The position numbers and the translations under genes are program-made. From assembly GCF_022807975.1 (NCBI RefSeq), contig NZ_CP094358.1:4124171-4188170 (forward strand): a stretch of DNA of 64,000 bases, read 5' to 3'. Below are positions 9,753 through 20,006 of this stretch, piece by piece (positions within the stretch are counted from its first letter, which is position 1; each line of letters starts with the position of its first letter). A model generated the notes under the pieces. It was not told where the DNA came from. It made no database searches and saw only the letters and a list, made by a program, of their open reading frames with translations. This DNA comes from Abyssalbus ytuae. Its GTDB lineage: Bacteria > Bacteroidota > Bacteroidia > Flavobacteriales > Flavobacteriaceae.

Positions 9753-10526
9753 ATGGATATAAAATCGTGTTATATAGGCCCTGAAATTTCACCGGAACAG
9801 TTTATTCCGGAACATTTCTTTTTGTTTTTGGCAAAAGGAATTTTAAATGGTTATGACGGCAGTAAGGATGTTACATTGAGATCGGGCGATTATTGTATAG
9901 TACGTAAAAACTATTTAGCACGATATAACAAACAAACCGAAAACAACGAATTTGAAAAGGTAGTGGTGATTTTTGATGAAATATTTCTAAAACAATTTCA
10001 GGAAAAGTATCAACCAAAAACAGAACGATATAAACCTAAAGAGGCATTTATTCTTTTGGGTAAAAATGAGCATATACCCGCTTTTATCTGCTCATTGATG
10101 CCTTATTATAATGGTATGGGTAAAATTGAAGAAGGAATTCAAGATACCAAGCGAGAAGAACTTTTACTTATATTGTTAGAAATGTATCCGGATTTAACGG
10201 GTATACTTTTTGACTTTGGTAAACCGGAAAAAATAAACCTGGAAGAGTTTATGAACCAAAATTATAAATTTAATGTAGGTATTGAACGTTTTGCATATTT
10301 AACGGGTAGAAGTCTTTCGGCATTTAAAAGAGATTTTAAACAAATATTTAATAATACCCCGAGTCGCTGGTTAATTCACAAAAGGTTACAAGAGGCTCAT
10401 TTTCTTATTGATAAAAAGAAACAAAAACCATCTGAAATTTATGTTGATTTAGGTTTTGAAGATTTGTCTCATTTTTCACATGCTTTTAAAAAACAATTCG
10501 GAATAAGTCCAAAGAGCTTATTATAA
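9753..10526 (+). CDS. AraC-family transcriptional regulator.
   Basis: The C-terminal AraC double-HTH is present (SLSAFKRDFKQIFNNTPSRWLIHKRLQEAHFLI...FEDLSHFSHAFKKQFGISP). Confidence 0.8.
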   Translation: MDIKSCYIGPEISPEQFIPEHFFLFLAKGILNGYDGSKDVTLRSGDYCIVRKNYLARYNKQTENNEFEKVVVIFDEIFLKQFQEKYQPKTERYKPKEAFILLGKNEHIPAFICSLMPYYNGMGKIEEGIQDTKREELLLILLEMYPDLTGILFDFGKPEKINLEEFMNQNYKFNVGIERFAYLTGRSLSAFKRDFKQIFNNTPSRWLIHKRLQEAHFLIDKKKQKPSEIYVDLGFEDLSHFSHAFKKQFGISPKSLL

Positions 10527-10619
10527 TGAGTAGCTAATCTTATTTTTAACTGGCCTAAAAGAATAAGTTATCATAGCTGTTTATTTCACTGAATTCAAAA
10601 GAAATATTATTTCCTATGG

Positions 10620-10870
10620 TTAAAGGAAACTTTTGTGGTTACCCACAAAACGGCAGACACTTTTTTTGCTCCATGCTTTTCTGAGCGAAGGCGGGCTCCT
10701 TCGCTAAAACAGTACTTCCCTTCACCTATTCTGCCTAAAGGGAGGTTATAGAATAGAGGGTAGATGTGTTTATTTGTGTAATCGGTTATTTGTTGATTTT
10801 ACACTTTGTGCTTTTTTAGATTTCTCAGTCGCCTTGCAGGCTCTTGCCAAAATGACTGCATAACACAGGG
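10620..10870. repeat. Diverged solitary copy of the repeat family that forms the 13.1-19.2 kb arrays.
   Basis: It shares gttacccacaaaacggcagacacttttttt...ctattctgcctaaagggaggtt...gtaatcgg.tatttg.tgattt.acactttgtgcttttttagatttctcagtcgcctt with the array modules. Confidence 0.6.
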
Positions 10871-11043
10871 CCTTTTCGAACGTAGTGAGAAATCTCAACT
10901 TAGGCGTAGCCAAATCTTATGAAAGTTACGATTTAAAGCTTTTTCCTTTACTACTGCAACTGTTCTGTTCAAACAGGTATTTTTTTACAAATTAGGAAGA
11001 CTTATATCTTTTTAGCTTTTATATAAAATTATTTATCGTAATA

Positions 11044-11403
11044 TTGCAATTAAGTAAATCAGAATATAAAATGGGATTAGCCAAAACAGAAATATTTACT
11101 GATGAACAGAATCAAATTGCTATTTTTTCCAAGGCTTTTGGGCACCCTGCCCGGGTAGCCATTTTACAACAATTGTTTAAAATGGATTCCTGTTATTGTG
11201 GAGATTTGGTAGAAGATATCGGGTTGGCACAGCCTACCGTGTCACAACATCTTAAGGAACTTAAAAATTTAGGGCTTATTAAAGGAAATGTGGAGGGAAC
11301 CAGTGTTTGCTATTGTATAGATAGGGAAAACTGGTTAAAAATGAAGGAGGTTATGAATCTTTTTTTTGATCAGGATGTACCTGATCATCCCGAATGTTGT
11401 TAA
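11044..11403 (+). CDS. arsR: ArsR/SmtB-family metalloregulator.
   Basis: HTH segment ARVAILQQLFKMDSCYCGDLVEDIGLAQPTVSQHLKELKNLGLI. The start may be at 11071. It begins an ars-like operon. Confidence 0.7.
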   Translation: MQLSKSEYKMGLAKTEIFTDEQNQIAIFSKAFGHPARVAILQQLFKMDSCYCGDLVEDIGLAQPTVSQHLKELKNLGLIKGNVEGTSVCYCIDRENWLKMKEVMNLFFDQDVPDHPECC

Positions 11404-11456
11404 AAAAATTTGAAACCATTAATTGTTTTATTGCGATTAAATAATTTATTGAAATA

Positions 11457-12089
11457 ATGACCCCGGTAACAGACACTATTTTCCCCAAACTTCAGGAACA
11501 TATGGAAAATTTATCCATTAATGATATCCCTGACATCCGTAAAAAAACTCTTCAGCCTTTAATTGATTTTATACAAAACAAACTAAATACGGCGCAAGCT
11601 GTAAATATCAACTTTATTTGTACCCATAATTCACGCAGAAGCCATTTATCACAGGTATGGGCGCAGGCGAGTGCTGTTTATTATGGAATTCCCAATGTGC
11701 ATTGTTACTCCGGTGGTACGGAAGTGACTGCCTTGTTTCCCATGGTGGCCAGGGTTCTGGAATATACCGGGTTTAACATTCAAAAGCTCTCTGATTCCTC
11801 CAATCCGTTGTATGCCATCAAATACAGTCCTAATTTTCATCCTGTTATCGGGTTTTCAAAAAAGTATGATGATGATTTTAATCCGGTATCCGGTTTTGCG
11901 GCTATAATGACCTGTTCCCAGGCGGATGGTGGTTGTCCTTTTATTTCCGGAGCAGAGCAACGTATACCCATCACCTTTGAAGATCCTAAAGTTTTTGATG
12001 GTACACCGGAACAGGAAGCAAAGTATATGGAGCGTAGTAAGCAGATTGCCAGAGAAATGAAATATGTATTTTCAACTATTAAGAAGTAA
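11457..12089 (+). CDS. LMW-PTP-fold protein, a putative arsenate reductase or tyrosine phosphatase-like protein of ars operons.
   Basis: CTHNSRRS P-loop (CX5R). Placed between arsR and the ACR3 permease. Confidence 0.55.
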   Translation: MTPVTDTIFPKLQEHMENLSINDIPDIRKKTLQPLIDFIQNKLNTAQAVNINFICTHNSRRSHLSQVWAQASAVYYGIPNVHCYSGGTEVTALFPMVARVLEYTGFNIQKLSDSSNPLYAIKYSPNFHPVIGFSKKYDDDFNPVSGFAAIMTCSQADGGCPFISGAEQRIPITFEDPKVFDGTPEQEAKYMERSKQIAREMKYVFSTIKK

Positions 12090-12097
12090 GATAAGAA

Positions 12098-13138
12098 ATG
12101 AGTAAAAAGAAATTAAGTTTTTTAGACAGCTATCTCACTCTTTGGATCTTCCTTGCTATGGGGATAGGAGTGGGGGCAGGATATTTTTTCCCTGTTATTG
12201 CAAAGATGATAAATACCATGAGTAGCGGCTCTACCAACATTCCTATTGCTATCGGATTAATTGTAATGATGTACCCTCCTTTGGCCAAGGTAAATTACAG
12301 CTTGCTGCCAAAGGTTTTCCGGAATGTGAAACTGTTATCTGTTTCGCTCATATTGAACTGGATTATCGGCCCGGTATTGATGTTTGTTCTTGCTATTACT
12401 TTTTTAAAAGATTATCCGGAATATATGGCAGGTTTAATATTAATCGGTTTGGCCCGTTGTATTGCCATGGTACTGGTATGGAATGACCTGGCGGAAGGAA
12501 GCAGTGAATATGGTGCGGGACTGGTAGCTTTAAACAGTATATTCCAGGTATTTGTGTATAGTTTTTATGCGTGGATATTTATTACCGTGCTGCCTCCTTA
12601 TTTCGGGTTTGAGGGTGCTATTGTAGATATTTCTATCGGCACTATTGCCGAAAGTGTGATTATTTATTTGGGAATTCCGTTTGTATTGGGTTTTTTAAGC
12701 CGTTTACTTTTGGTAAAATGGAAGGGGGAAGCCTGGTATACTACCAAGTTTATTCCTGCCATATCACCACTTACTTTAATTGCCCTTTTGTTTACCATAG
12801 TGGTGATGTTCTCACTTAAAGGGGAGTTGATTGTGGAAATACCAATGGATGTATTAATCATCGCGATCCCATTACTTATTTATTTTGCCCTGATGTTTTT
12901 TATAGGTTTCTTTTTTAGTAAAGCGGTGGGAGCTGATTATGATAAAAATGCATCGGTTGCTTTTACTGCTGCGGGAAATAATTTTGAACTGGCTATTGCC
13001 GTTGCTATTGCTGTTTTTGGCCTTAATTCGGGTCAGGCCTTTGCCGGTGTTGTTGGTCCGTTGGTAGAAGTTCCTGCGTTGATTTTACTCGTCAGGGTTT
13101 CTTTTTGGTTAAAGAAGAAATATTACAGGCTTGGTTGA
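12098..13138 (+). CDS. arsB: ACR3-family arsenite efflux permease.
   Basis: Ten-TM protein of 346 aa. N-terminus is [13 protein letters not shown]...MMYPPLAKV. Typical length and context for ACR3. Confidence 0.85.
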   Translation: MSKKKLSFLDSYLTLWIFLAMGIGVGAGYFFPVIAKMINTMSSGSTNIPIAIGLIVMMYPPLAKVNYSLLPKVFRNVKLLSVSLILNWIIGPVLMFVLAITFLKDYPEYMAGLILIGLARCIAMVLVWNDLAEGSSEYGAGLVALNSIFQVFVYSFYAWIFITVLPPYFGFEGAIVDISIGTIAESVIIYLGIPFVLGFLSRLLLVKWKGEAWYTTKFIPAISPLTLIALLFTIVVMFSLKGELIVEIPMDVLIIAIPLLIYFALMFFIGFFFSKAVGADYDKNASVAFTAAGNNFELAIAVAIAVFGLNSGQAFAGVVGPLVEVPALILLVRVSFWLKKKYYRLG

Positions 13139-13140
13139 TT

Positions 13141-14310
13141 GGAATTTTTGCGTTTTTTCCAGTGTCTTTTTTTGTTTATTAATAAGGTTCGGGGGAACCA
13201 ACCTGTGTGGATGTGCTATTCTATGATGTTTATTTTGTCTTGATACAAAATGAACCAACCCGCCCGAACGTGCCGTTCGGTACGGGCGGGAAAGGCTAGG
13301 CTGTCGGAAGTGTCTTTAAATTTTTTGTTTGCTTTTTTAGATTTCTCAGTCGCCTTACTGGCTCTTGTCGAAATGACCTCGCAAAAGGGAAGAATAACAA
13401 AACCGGGAGACTGTATAGCTGGAATTTTTGCGTTTTTTCCTGTATCTTTTTTTGTTTATTAATAAGGTTCGGGGGAACCAACCTGTGTGGATGTGCTATT
13501 CTATGATGTTCATTTTGTCTTGATACAAAATGAACCAAAAAATCAAGAACATTTTAAGGAAATTTTTGTGGTTGCCCACAAAACCACAGACACTTTTTTT
13601 CGCTCCATGCTTTATCCTACTTTGCAGGATGCACTTCCGCTCAAAGTGCTGTTATTTCTGGAAAATGTTCGGGGATGCTTCGCATTTTTTGTTGTCGCAA
13701 AACCGGCTTGCAAATTCCGCGTCGCTGTACTCCTGAATCCCGGAGTTTTGCTAAGCCTATTCTGCCTAAAGGGAGGTTTTGTAATAGGGGTGATGTGTTG
13801 AATCGTGTAATCGGGTATTTGCTGATTTGACACTTTGTGCTTTTTTAGATTTCTCAGTCGCCTTACTGGCTCTTGTCGAAATGACCGCGCAAAAGGGAAG
13901 AATACCAAAACCGGGAGACTGTATAGCTGGAATTTTTGCGTTTTTTCCTGTATCTTTTTTTGTTTATTAATAAGGTTCGGGGGAACCAACCTGTGTTGAT
14001 GTGCTATTCTATGATGTTCATTTTGTCTTGATACAAAATGAACCAACCCGCCCGAACGTGCCGTTCGGTACGGGCGGGAAAGGCTAGGCTGTCGGAAGTG
14101 TCTTTAAATTTTTTGTTTGCTTTTTTAGATTTCTCAGTCGCCTTACTGGCTCTTGTCGAAATGACCTCGCAAAAGGGAAGAATAACAAAACCGGGAGACT
14201 GTATAGCTGGAATTTTTGCTATTGCATAACCGGCTTGCAAATTTCGCGTCGCTGTACTCCTGAATCCCGGAGCTTTGCTAAGCCTATTCTGCCTAAAGGG
14301 AGATTTCGCC
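13141..14310. repeat. Tandem repeat array A. It is a mosaic of about 280 bp modules carrying a GC hairpin and a roughly 500 bp module, and begins 3 bp after the arsB stop.
   Basis: The string ggaatttttgcgttttttcc recurs at 13141, 13421 and 13921. The hairpin module cccgcccgaacgtgccgttcggtacgggcggg occurs at 13262 and 14046. Modules are near-identical. Confidence 0.9.
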
Positions 14311-14339
14311 ATATACATAATCAATTTTTTTAGCAAAGG

Positions 14340-14650
14340 GATACTATTCATTCCTTATTTAAAGCTTTTGTTTTGCTATTTTTTTCCGAAAAGGGAGAAA
14401 TGTCGAGGAAGGGAACAGAAAGGGAAGTGGTGAACTATGGTGAACTAAGGTGAACTATATATGAAGTATCTATGGAGTATCTATGAAGTATCTATGGAGT
14501 ATCTATGAAGTATCTATGGAGTATCTATGAAGTATCTATGAAGGAAAGGTGAAGTTGATATGGACTTGTTCTTCATATTTTAAGTATTTCGAAAGAGGAT
14601 ATTACCAGTACTTTTTCCTTTTTTAATACTTTTTTAACAGGAGGAAACTA
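14340..14650. repeat. Segment S, holding microsatellites (GGTGAACTAW x3 and TATGRAGTATC x7.5) and ending in AGGAGG followed by ATG.
   Basis: A perfect 11-bp tandem unit, tatgaagtatc/tatggagtatc, spans 14461-14545. A diverged second copy of the whole segment lies at 19230-19450. Confidence 0.85.
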
Positions 14651-14802
14651 AATGATTAAAAAATGAGGATTTTAGAGGTTTTTTTTACAGGTAAAATACT
14701 ATAAATAAATAGGTTTTATCCTCTTATAAAATAAAGTTTTTTAATTCAATTTTAGAGTCATTAATACTAGTAGTTTCAGGATTATTAATTAAAAAAAACA
14801 TT

Positions 14803-15624
14803 ATGGCAATAGAATTAGAAATTAGAGACGGTTCTCCTCATTGGTATCTAAGTCCAGATATATGGGTTGTGCAAGAACCGGAAGATGTGATGGAAACAGT
14901 GCCCGTTGCTGGCATGCCTTTTTTTGTAAAAGCTAAGGTGAAAAATAATGGAACTAGTACCGCAGTAAACGCAACCGTAAAATTTTATTGGGGTAATCCC
15001 TCTATTGGGGTTAATAGAAATACAGCTAACTTAATTGGTCAATCATTTGTGAGTTTAAATGCAGGAGCCGAAGAAGATGTACTTTGTTTAACACCTTGGA
15101 TTCCCGAATATCTTAACAAAGGTCATGAATGTCTCATAGTTGAAGCATTTCATAGTAGTGACCCCTTAACTGGAACGGTGGATTTTAATGTTCCTACTGA
15201 TAGACATGTGGCTCAAAAGAATCTTTCAGTACTCTTAGTATCAAACTCTATGTTTCATATGAATTTTGAAATGCATAACGGATCGCGGAAAGAGGCAGTG
15301 TTTAATGCTAAAGTTGAACAAGTTAAAATTAATAATCTTCAAAGTCTTGCTCCACATTTGAAAGAAATGTTAGAAGGAAAAAATGAAGGTACATTAAAGA
15401 ATGTTGAATTTACCAATAAGACTTGTATAGAAAGTGAAGAATTAAACAATTATCAAAATGAAAGTGAGAAATTTAGTATTCATGGATACGGGAAAAAGCC
15501 AGTGGCTGTTACGGGAGAGATTGAGGGAGATTATGTTTTTTTAATAATTACTCAATATCAAGATAAGATTGAAACCGGGGGGTTGGGAATAGTAATAATT
15601 AATGACAAAAATTTTAAATTATGA
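14803..15624 (+). CDS. Hypothetical protein, first gene of the repeat-flanked two-gene cassette. There is a possible Ig/CARDB-like beta-sandwich at the N-terminus.
   Basis: Long ORF with no signal peptide. Its stop overlaps the next start (ATGA). The segment FFVKAKVKNNGTSTAVNATVKFYW resembles CARDB-type strands. Confidence 0.5.
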   Translation: MAIELEIRDGSPHWYLSPDIWVVQEPEDVMETVPVAGMPFFVKAKVKNNGTSTAVNATVKFYWGNPSIGVNRNTANLIGQSFVSLNAGAEEDVLCLTPWIPEYLNKGHECLIVEAFHSSDPLTGTVDFNVPTDRHVAQKNLSVLLVSNSMFHMNFEMHNGSRKEAVFNAKVEQVKINNLQSLAPHLKEMLEGKNEGTLKNVEFTNKTCIESEELNNYQNESEKFSIHGYGKKPVAVTGEIEGDYVFLIITQYQDKIETGGLGIVIINDKNFKL

Positions 15625-17150
15625 TACCTATTGAAATAAACAACAGACCGTTTGCTTCCGATTTAATTACAGGACTTATGATGCCTGATGGAATTTTTGA
15701 GATAAGTTTAGGTAAAATGAGGTTAAATGCCCATTTTACCAATTCAGGTGCAAGTATTTTAAATACTTTAAATATATATGTAGAAAGTGCTTCTCATCCT
15801 GGAATTGTTTTTACTCCTGTAACTCACTTTATAACCTCTTTGGGAGTAGGGGCCTCTATTTTACAAAGTTGGGAAGTAGATATTTCAACCGCACCTTCAG
15901 GTACACATTATGTAAGTTTTATTGTTGAAAACCCTGAGGGAAGACAAAGAATTATAAAAAAGATTTTTGTAACAAAAATTAGCTTTAATTCGGCAAATCA
16001 TACTTTTCTTGCTGAAACGCCAGAAGGTAAAATTGCGGTGAGATATAGAGAAATTACAGAAGTAAATAAAAATAAATGTTGTAAAAAGGAAAGAATAAAG
16101 GATAATGATGATTTAACTTATACAAATTTTTTTGAAAATCTTAGTTATACTTTTTCACTTGGCAATAAAAAAGTGGAGTTATGTCCTATTTTTTTCTTAC
16201 CCTTAGATTTAGAAACAGGCTGGGTCCCTAATCCACCATACGAAGGCCAATATAGTGATTTACCCTTTAATGACCCCTGGTGGAAAGTGGTTATTGCCAT
16301 TATAGCTTTTTTATTGCTAGTTGCGGCAGCAATTGTTGAAGCTACTTCAGGTTCAGGATCTATTACGGCAACCGCCGGGTGTACTTCTACACCATCCGGA
16401 GTTTGTGGTTCGGGAAGTGGAAGTAGCCCAATAGCTGCGGCTCTTGTTGCTGGAGCTGCTGTTGTTGCTGGAATTGCAGTATATAGTGATAAAAGAGACC
16501 TGCATAGAATTGGACAAGATAAAACAATGCCCGATAAAGGTGAATTTACGATTAGGGAAAATATGTCATCCAAAATAAAATATATAGATAATATTGAATT
16601 TGGTAAACCTTTCACAGTTAGGGTTGACTGGAAATATGAACGTGTAACAAGAGATATTAATGGTATTGAAAAGTCATACTTTCATTCTGAAGTTACCCAA
16701 AATCAAAATGTTCATTTATTATCTAAATATGTTATTGATGCTCCTGATATTGTAAGGACATACAAGAAAGAGTCTTTTACTGTAAAAGCTTCTTTCTATG
16801 ATGAAAAGAATGAACTTTATTATGGTAAACAGCTATTTGTTAAATGCTTTTTGGTACATGCTGAAAGTGAGAAAACCATAGATTTTGTTTTGCAGGATAA
16901 TGGTAAAAATTCAGATAAAATAAAAAATGATGGAACTTATACCGGGAGTTACTTTTTTAAAAAAAATGAGGGGGGTAGATGGAAAATTTATGTTGTTGCC
17001 CAAGATGTGAATAACGCCGATGAAAATATGACACCTGAAGAGGCGGCTCAAATCATTGGTGGAATTGTTCTTACTAATCAATTATCCATTAGTTTTTCGG
17101 GAGGATCTTGTCCTCTGGTTCCAGATGGAGATGTTGAAGTTATAGTGTAA
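15621..17150 (+). CDS. Hypothetical single-pass membrane protein with a Gly/Ser/Ala-rich low-complexity linker, second gene of the cassette.
   Basis: TM helix WWKVVIAIIAFLLLVAAAIV is followed by GSGSITATAGCTSTPSGVCGSGSGSSPIAAALVAGAAVVAGIAV. Translationally coupled to the upstream gene. Confidence 0.5.
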   Translation: MIPIEINNRPFASDLITGLMMPDGIFEISLGKMRLNAHFTNSGASILNTLNIYVESASHPGIVFTPVTHFITSLGVGASILQSWEVDISTAPSGTHYVSFIVENPEGRQRIIKKIFVTKISFNSANHTFLAETPEGKIAVRYREITEVNKNKCCKKERIKDNDDLTYTNFFENLSYTFSLGNKKVELCPIFFLPLDLETGWVPNPPYEGQYSDLPFNDPWWKVVIAIIAFLLLVAAAIVEATSGSGSITATAGCTSTPSGVCGSGSGSSPIAAALVAGAAVVAGIAVYSDKRDLHRIGQDKTMPDKGEFTIRENMSSKIKYIDNIEFGKPFTVRVDWKYERVTRDINGIEKSYFHSEVTQNQNVHLLSKYVIDAPDIVRTYKKESFTVKASFYDEKNELYYGKQLFVKCFLVHAESEKTIDFVLQDNGKNSDKIKNDGTYTGSYFFKKNEGGRWKIYVVAQDVNNADENMTPEEAAQIIGGIVLTNQLSISFSGGSCPLVPDGDVEVIV

Positions 17151-17204
17151 ATAGATTCTTTCATAATATTTGGGTTGTTGTAATAATTGGCATTAAAAAG
17201 GGAG

Positions 17205-19230
17205 GAATTTTGGCTATTGCATAACCGGCTTGCAAATTTCGCGTCGCTGTACTCCTGAATCCCGGAGCTTTGCTAAGCTTATTCTATCTAAAGGGAGGTT
17301 TTGTAATAGGGGTGAATGTGTTGAATCGTGTAATCGGGTATTTGTTGATTTGACACTTTGTGCTTTTTTAGATTTCTCAGTCGCCTTACAGGCTCTTGTC
17401 GAAATGACCGCGCAAAAGGGAAGAATAACAAAACCGGGAGATTGTATAGCTGGAATTTTTGCTATTGCAAAATTAGTTTGCAAATTCCGCGTCGCTGTAC
17501 TCCTGAATCCCGGAGCTTTGCTAAGCTTATTCTATCTAAAGGGAGGTTTTGTAATAGGGTTGATGTGTTGAATCGTGTAATCGGGTATTTGCTGATTTGA
17601 CACTTTGTGCTTTTTTAGATTTCTCAGTCGCCTTACAGGCTCTTGTCGAAATGACCGCGCAAAAGGGAAGAATAACAAAACCGGGAGATTGTATAGCTGG
17701 AATTTTTGCTATTGCATAACCGGCTTGCAAATTTCGCGTCGCTGTACTCCTGAATCCCGGAGTTTTGCTAAGCCTATTCTGCCTAAAGGGAGGTTTTGTA
17801 ATAGGGGTGGATGTGTTGAATCGTGTAATCGGGTATTTGCTGATTTGACACTTTGTGTTTTTTTAGATTTCTCAGTCGCCTTACAGGCTCTTGTCGAAAT
17901 GACCGCGCAAAAGGGAAGAATAACAAAACCGGGAGATTGTATAGCTGGAATTTTTGCTATTGCAAAATTAGTTTGCAAATTCCGCGTCGCTGTACTCCTG
18001 AATCCCGGAGTTTTGCTAAGCCTATTCTGCCTAAAGGGAGGCTTTGTAATAGGGGTGAATGGGTTGAATCGTGTAATCGGGTATTTGTTGATTTAACACT
18101 TTGTGGTTTTTTAGATTTCTCAGTCGCCTTACTGGCTCTTGTCGAAATGACCGCACAAAAGGGAAGAATAACAAAACCGGGAGACTGTATAGCTGGAATT
18201 TTTGCGTTTTTTCCAGTGTCTTTTTTTGTTTATTAATAAGGTTCGGGGGAACCAACCTGTGTGGATGTGCTATTCTATGATGTTCATTTTGTCTTGATAC
18301 AAAATGAACCAAAAAATCAAGAACATTTTAAGGAAATTTTTGTGGTTGCCCACAAAACCACAGACACTTTTTTTCGCTCCATGCTTTATCCTACTTTGCA
18401 GGATGCACTTCCGCTCAAAGTGCTGTTATTTCTGGAAAATGTTCGGGGATGCTTCGCATTTTTTGTTGTCGCAAAACCGGCTTGCAAATTTCGCGTCGCT
18501 GTACTTCTGAATCCCGGAGCTTTGCCAAGCCTATTCTGCCTAAAGGGAGGTTTTGTAATAGGGGTGAATGGGTTGAATCGTGTAATCGGGTATTTGCTGA
18601 TTTGACACTTTGTGCTTTTTTAGATTTCTCAGTCGCCTTACAGGCTCTTGTCGAAATGACCGCGCAAAAGGGAAGAATAACAAAACCGGGAGATTGTATA
18701 GCTGGAATTTTTGCGTTTTTTCCTGTATCTTTTTTTGTTTATTAATAAGGTTCGGGGGAACCAACCTGTGTGGATGTGCTATTCTATGATGTTCATTTTG
18801 TCTTGATACAAAATGAACCAAAAAATCAAGAACATTTTAAGGAAATTTTTGTGGTTGCCCACAAAACCACAGACACTTTTTTTCGCTCCATGCTTTATCC
18901 TACTTTGCAGGATGCACTTCCGCTCAAAGTGCTGTTATTTCTGGAAAATGTTCGGGGATGCTTCGCATTTTTTGTTGTCGCAAAACCGGCTTGCAAATTC
19001 CGCGTCGCTGTACTCCTGAATCCCGGAGTTTTGCTAAGCCTATTCTGCCTAAAGGGAGGTTTTGTAATAGGGTTGATGTGTTGAATCGTGTAATCGGGTA
19101 TTTGTTGATTTAACACTTTGTGCTTTTTTAGATTTCTCAGTCGCCTTACAGGCTCTTGTCGAAATGACCGCGCAAAAGGGAAGAATAACAAAACCGGGAG
19201 ATTGTATAGCTGGAATTTTGGCTATTTTTT
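17205..19230. repeat. Tandem repeat array B, made of four modules of about 247 bp followed by two modules of about 510 bp.
   Basis: gctattgca recurs at 17211, 17458, 17704 and 17952 (period 246-248 bp). ggaatttttgcg-initiated long modules start at 18197 and 18707. This is the same family as array A. Confidence 0.9.
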
Positions 19231-19450
19231 TCCGAAAAGGGAGAAATATCTGGAAGGGAACAGAAAGGGAAATGGTGAACTATGGTGAACTATGGTGAAC
19301 TAAGGTGAACTATATATGAAGTATCTATGAAGTATCTATGAAGGAAAGGTGAAGTTGATATGGACTTGATCTTCATATTTTAAGTATTTCGAAAGAGGAT
19401 ATTACCAGTACTTTTTCCTCTTTTAATATTTTTTTAACAGGAGGAAACTA
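19230..19450. repeat. Segment S', a second copy of segment S with fewer microsatellite units.
   Basis: tttttttccgaaaagggagaaat...ggtgaactatggtgaactatggtgaactaaggtgaactatatatgaagtatctatgaagtatctatgaaggaaaggtgaagttgatatggactt...aacaggaggaaacta. Confidence 0.85.
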
Positions 19451-20006
19451 CATAATGGCAAGGGGTTTGTATGTGAGTAATTAGTTACACAGAAGTTTTC
19501 TTTTCCCAAAAACCCTTTTTAAGCAAAGTCGATAGATTCTTTGGCCAAAGTGTTATCGCAATTTTATTATTGTTAAACCAGCGGAACGTGTCTGCTGCAG
19601 CAGGCACCTTTTAAGCTTATCAATGGACCGTTGGTTTTATCTCGCCCAAAAGTTAAAAACTATCCCGGGAAACCGGGCTCTATTAAACTCCGTCCGAAAC
19701 TGTCACAGCAGCTTCGGGGGTTGGCTAAAAAGTGATTTTATTATTGTTTTAAGCACTTGTCTGCCTGCAGGGCAGCCGGCACTTCAATTTAAAATATTGT
19801 TTTTGAATGTGTTTTAGCGGTGCTTAACGTGACAAAATGGTAACGTATCTTCTTTTTAGCCAGCCTGGGGCGGATATCCTGATGCAAGGCATGAGGGGAA
19901 TCCGAAAAATGAGATAATTGTTTAACCGGTACCGGTGATTACGACCGGTACAGTCCGTTCCCGTTTCTGACATTTGAGAGCGGGCGGATAAAAAACTATT
20001 TACATT

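Noticed and set aside
13250-19191. Many 60-160 aa ORFs on both strands inside the arrays, for example the 104-aa MDVLFYDVHFVLIQ... ORF called three times
   Set aside because: They recur only because the DNA is repeated. They overlap each other on both strands and have no start context. They are treated as non-coding.
13141-19230. CRISPR array
   Set aside because: Repeat units are 247-510 bp and nearly identical to each other, with no short repeat and unique spacer alternation. No cas genes are present in the window.
13141-19230. Diversity-generating retroelement (TR/VR pair)
   Set aside because: Differences between module copies are not confined to adenine positions, and no reverse transcriptase gene is nearby.
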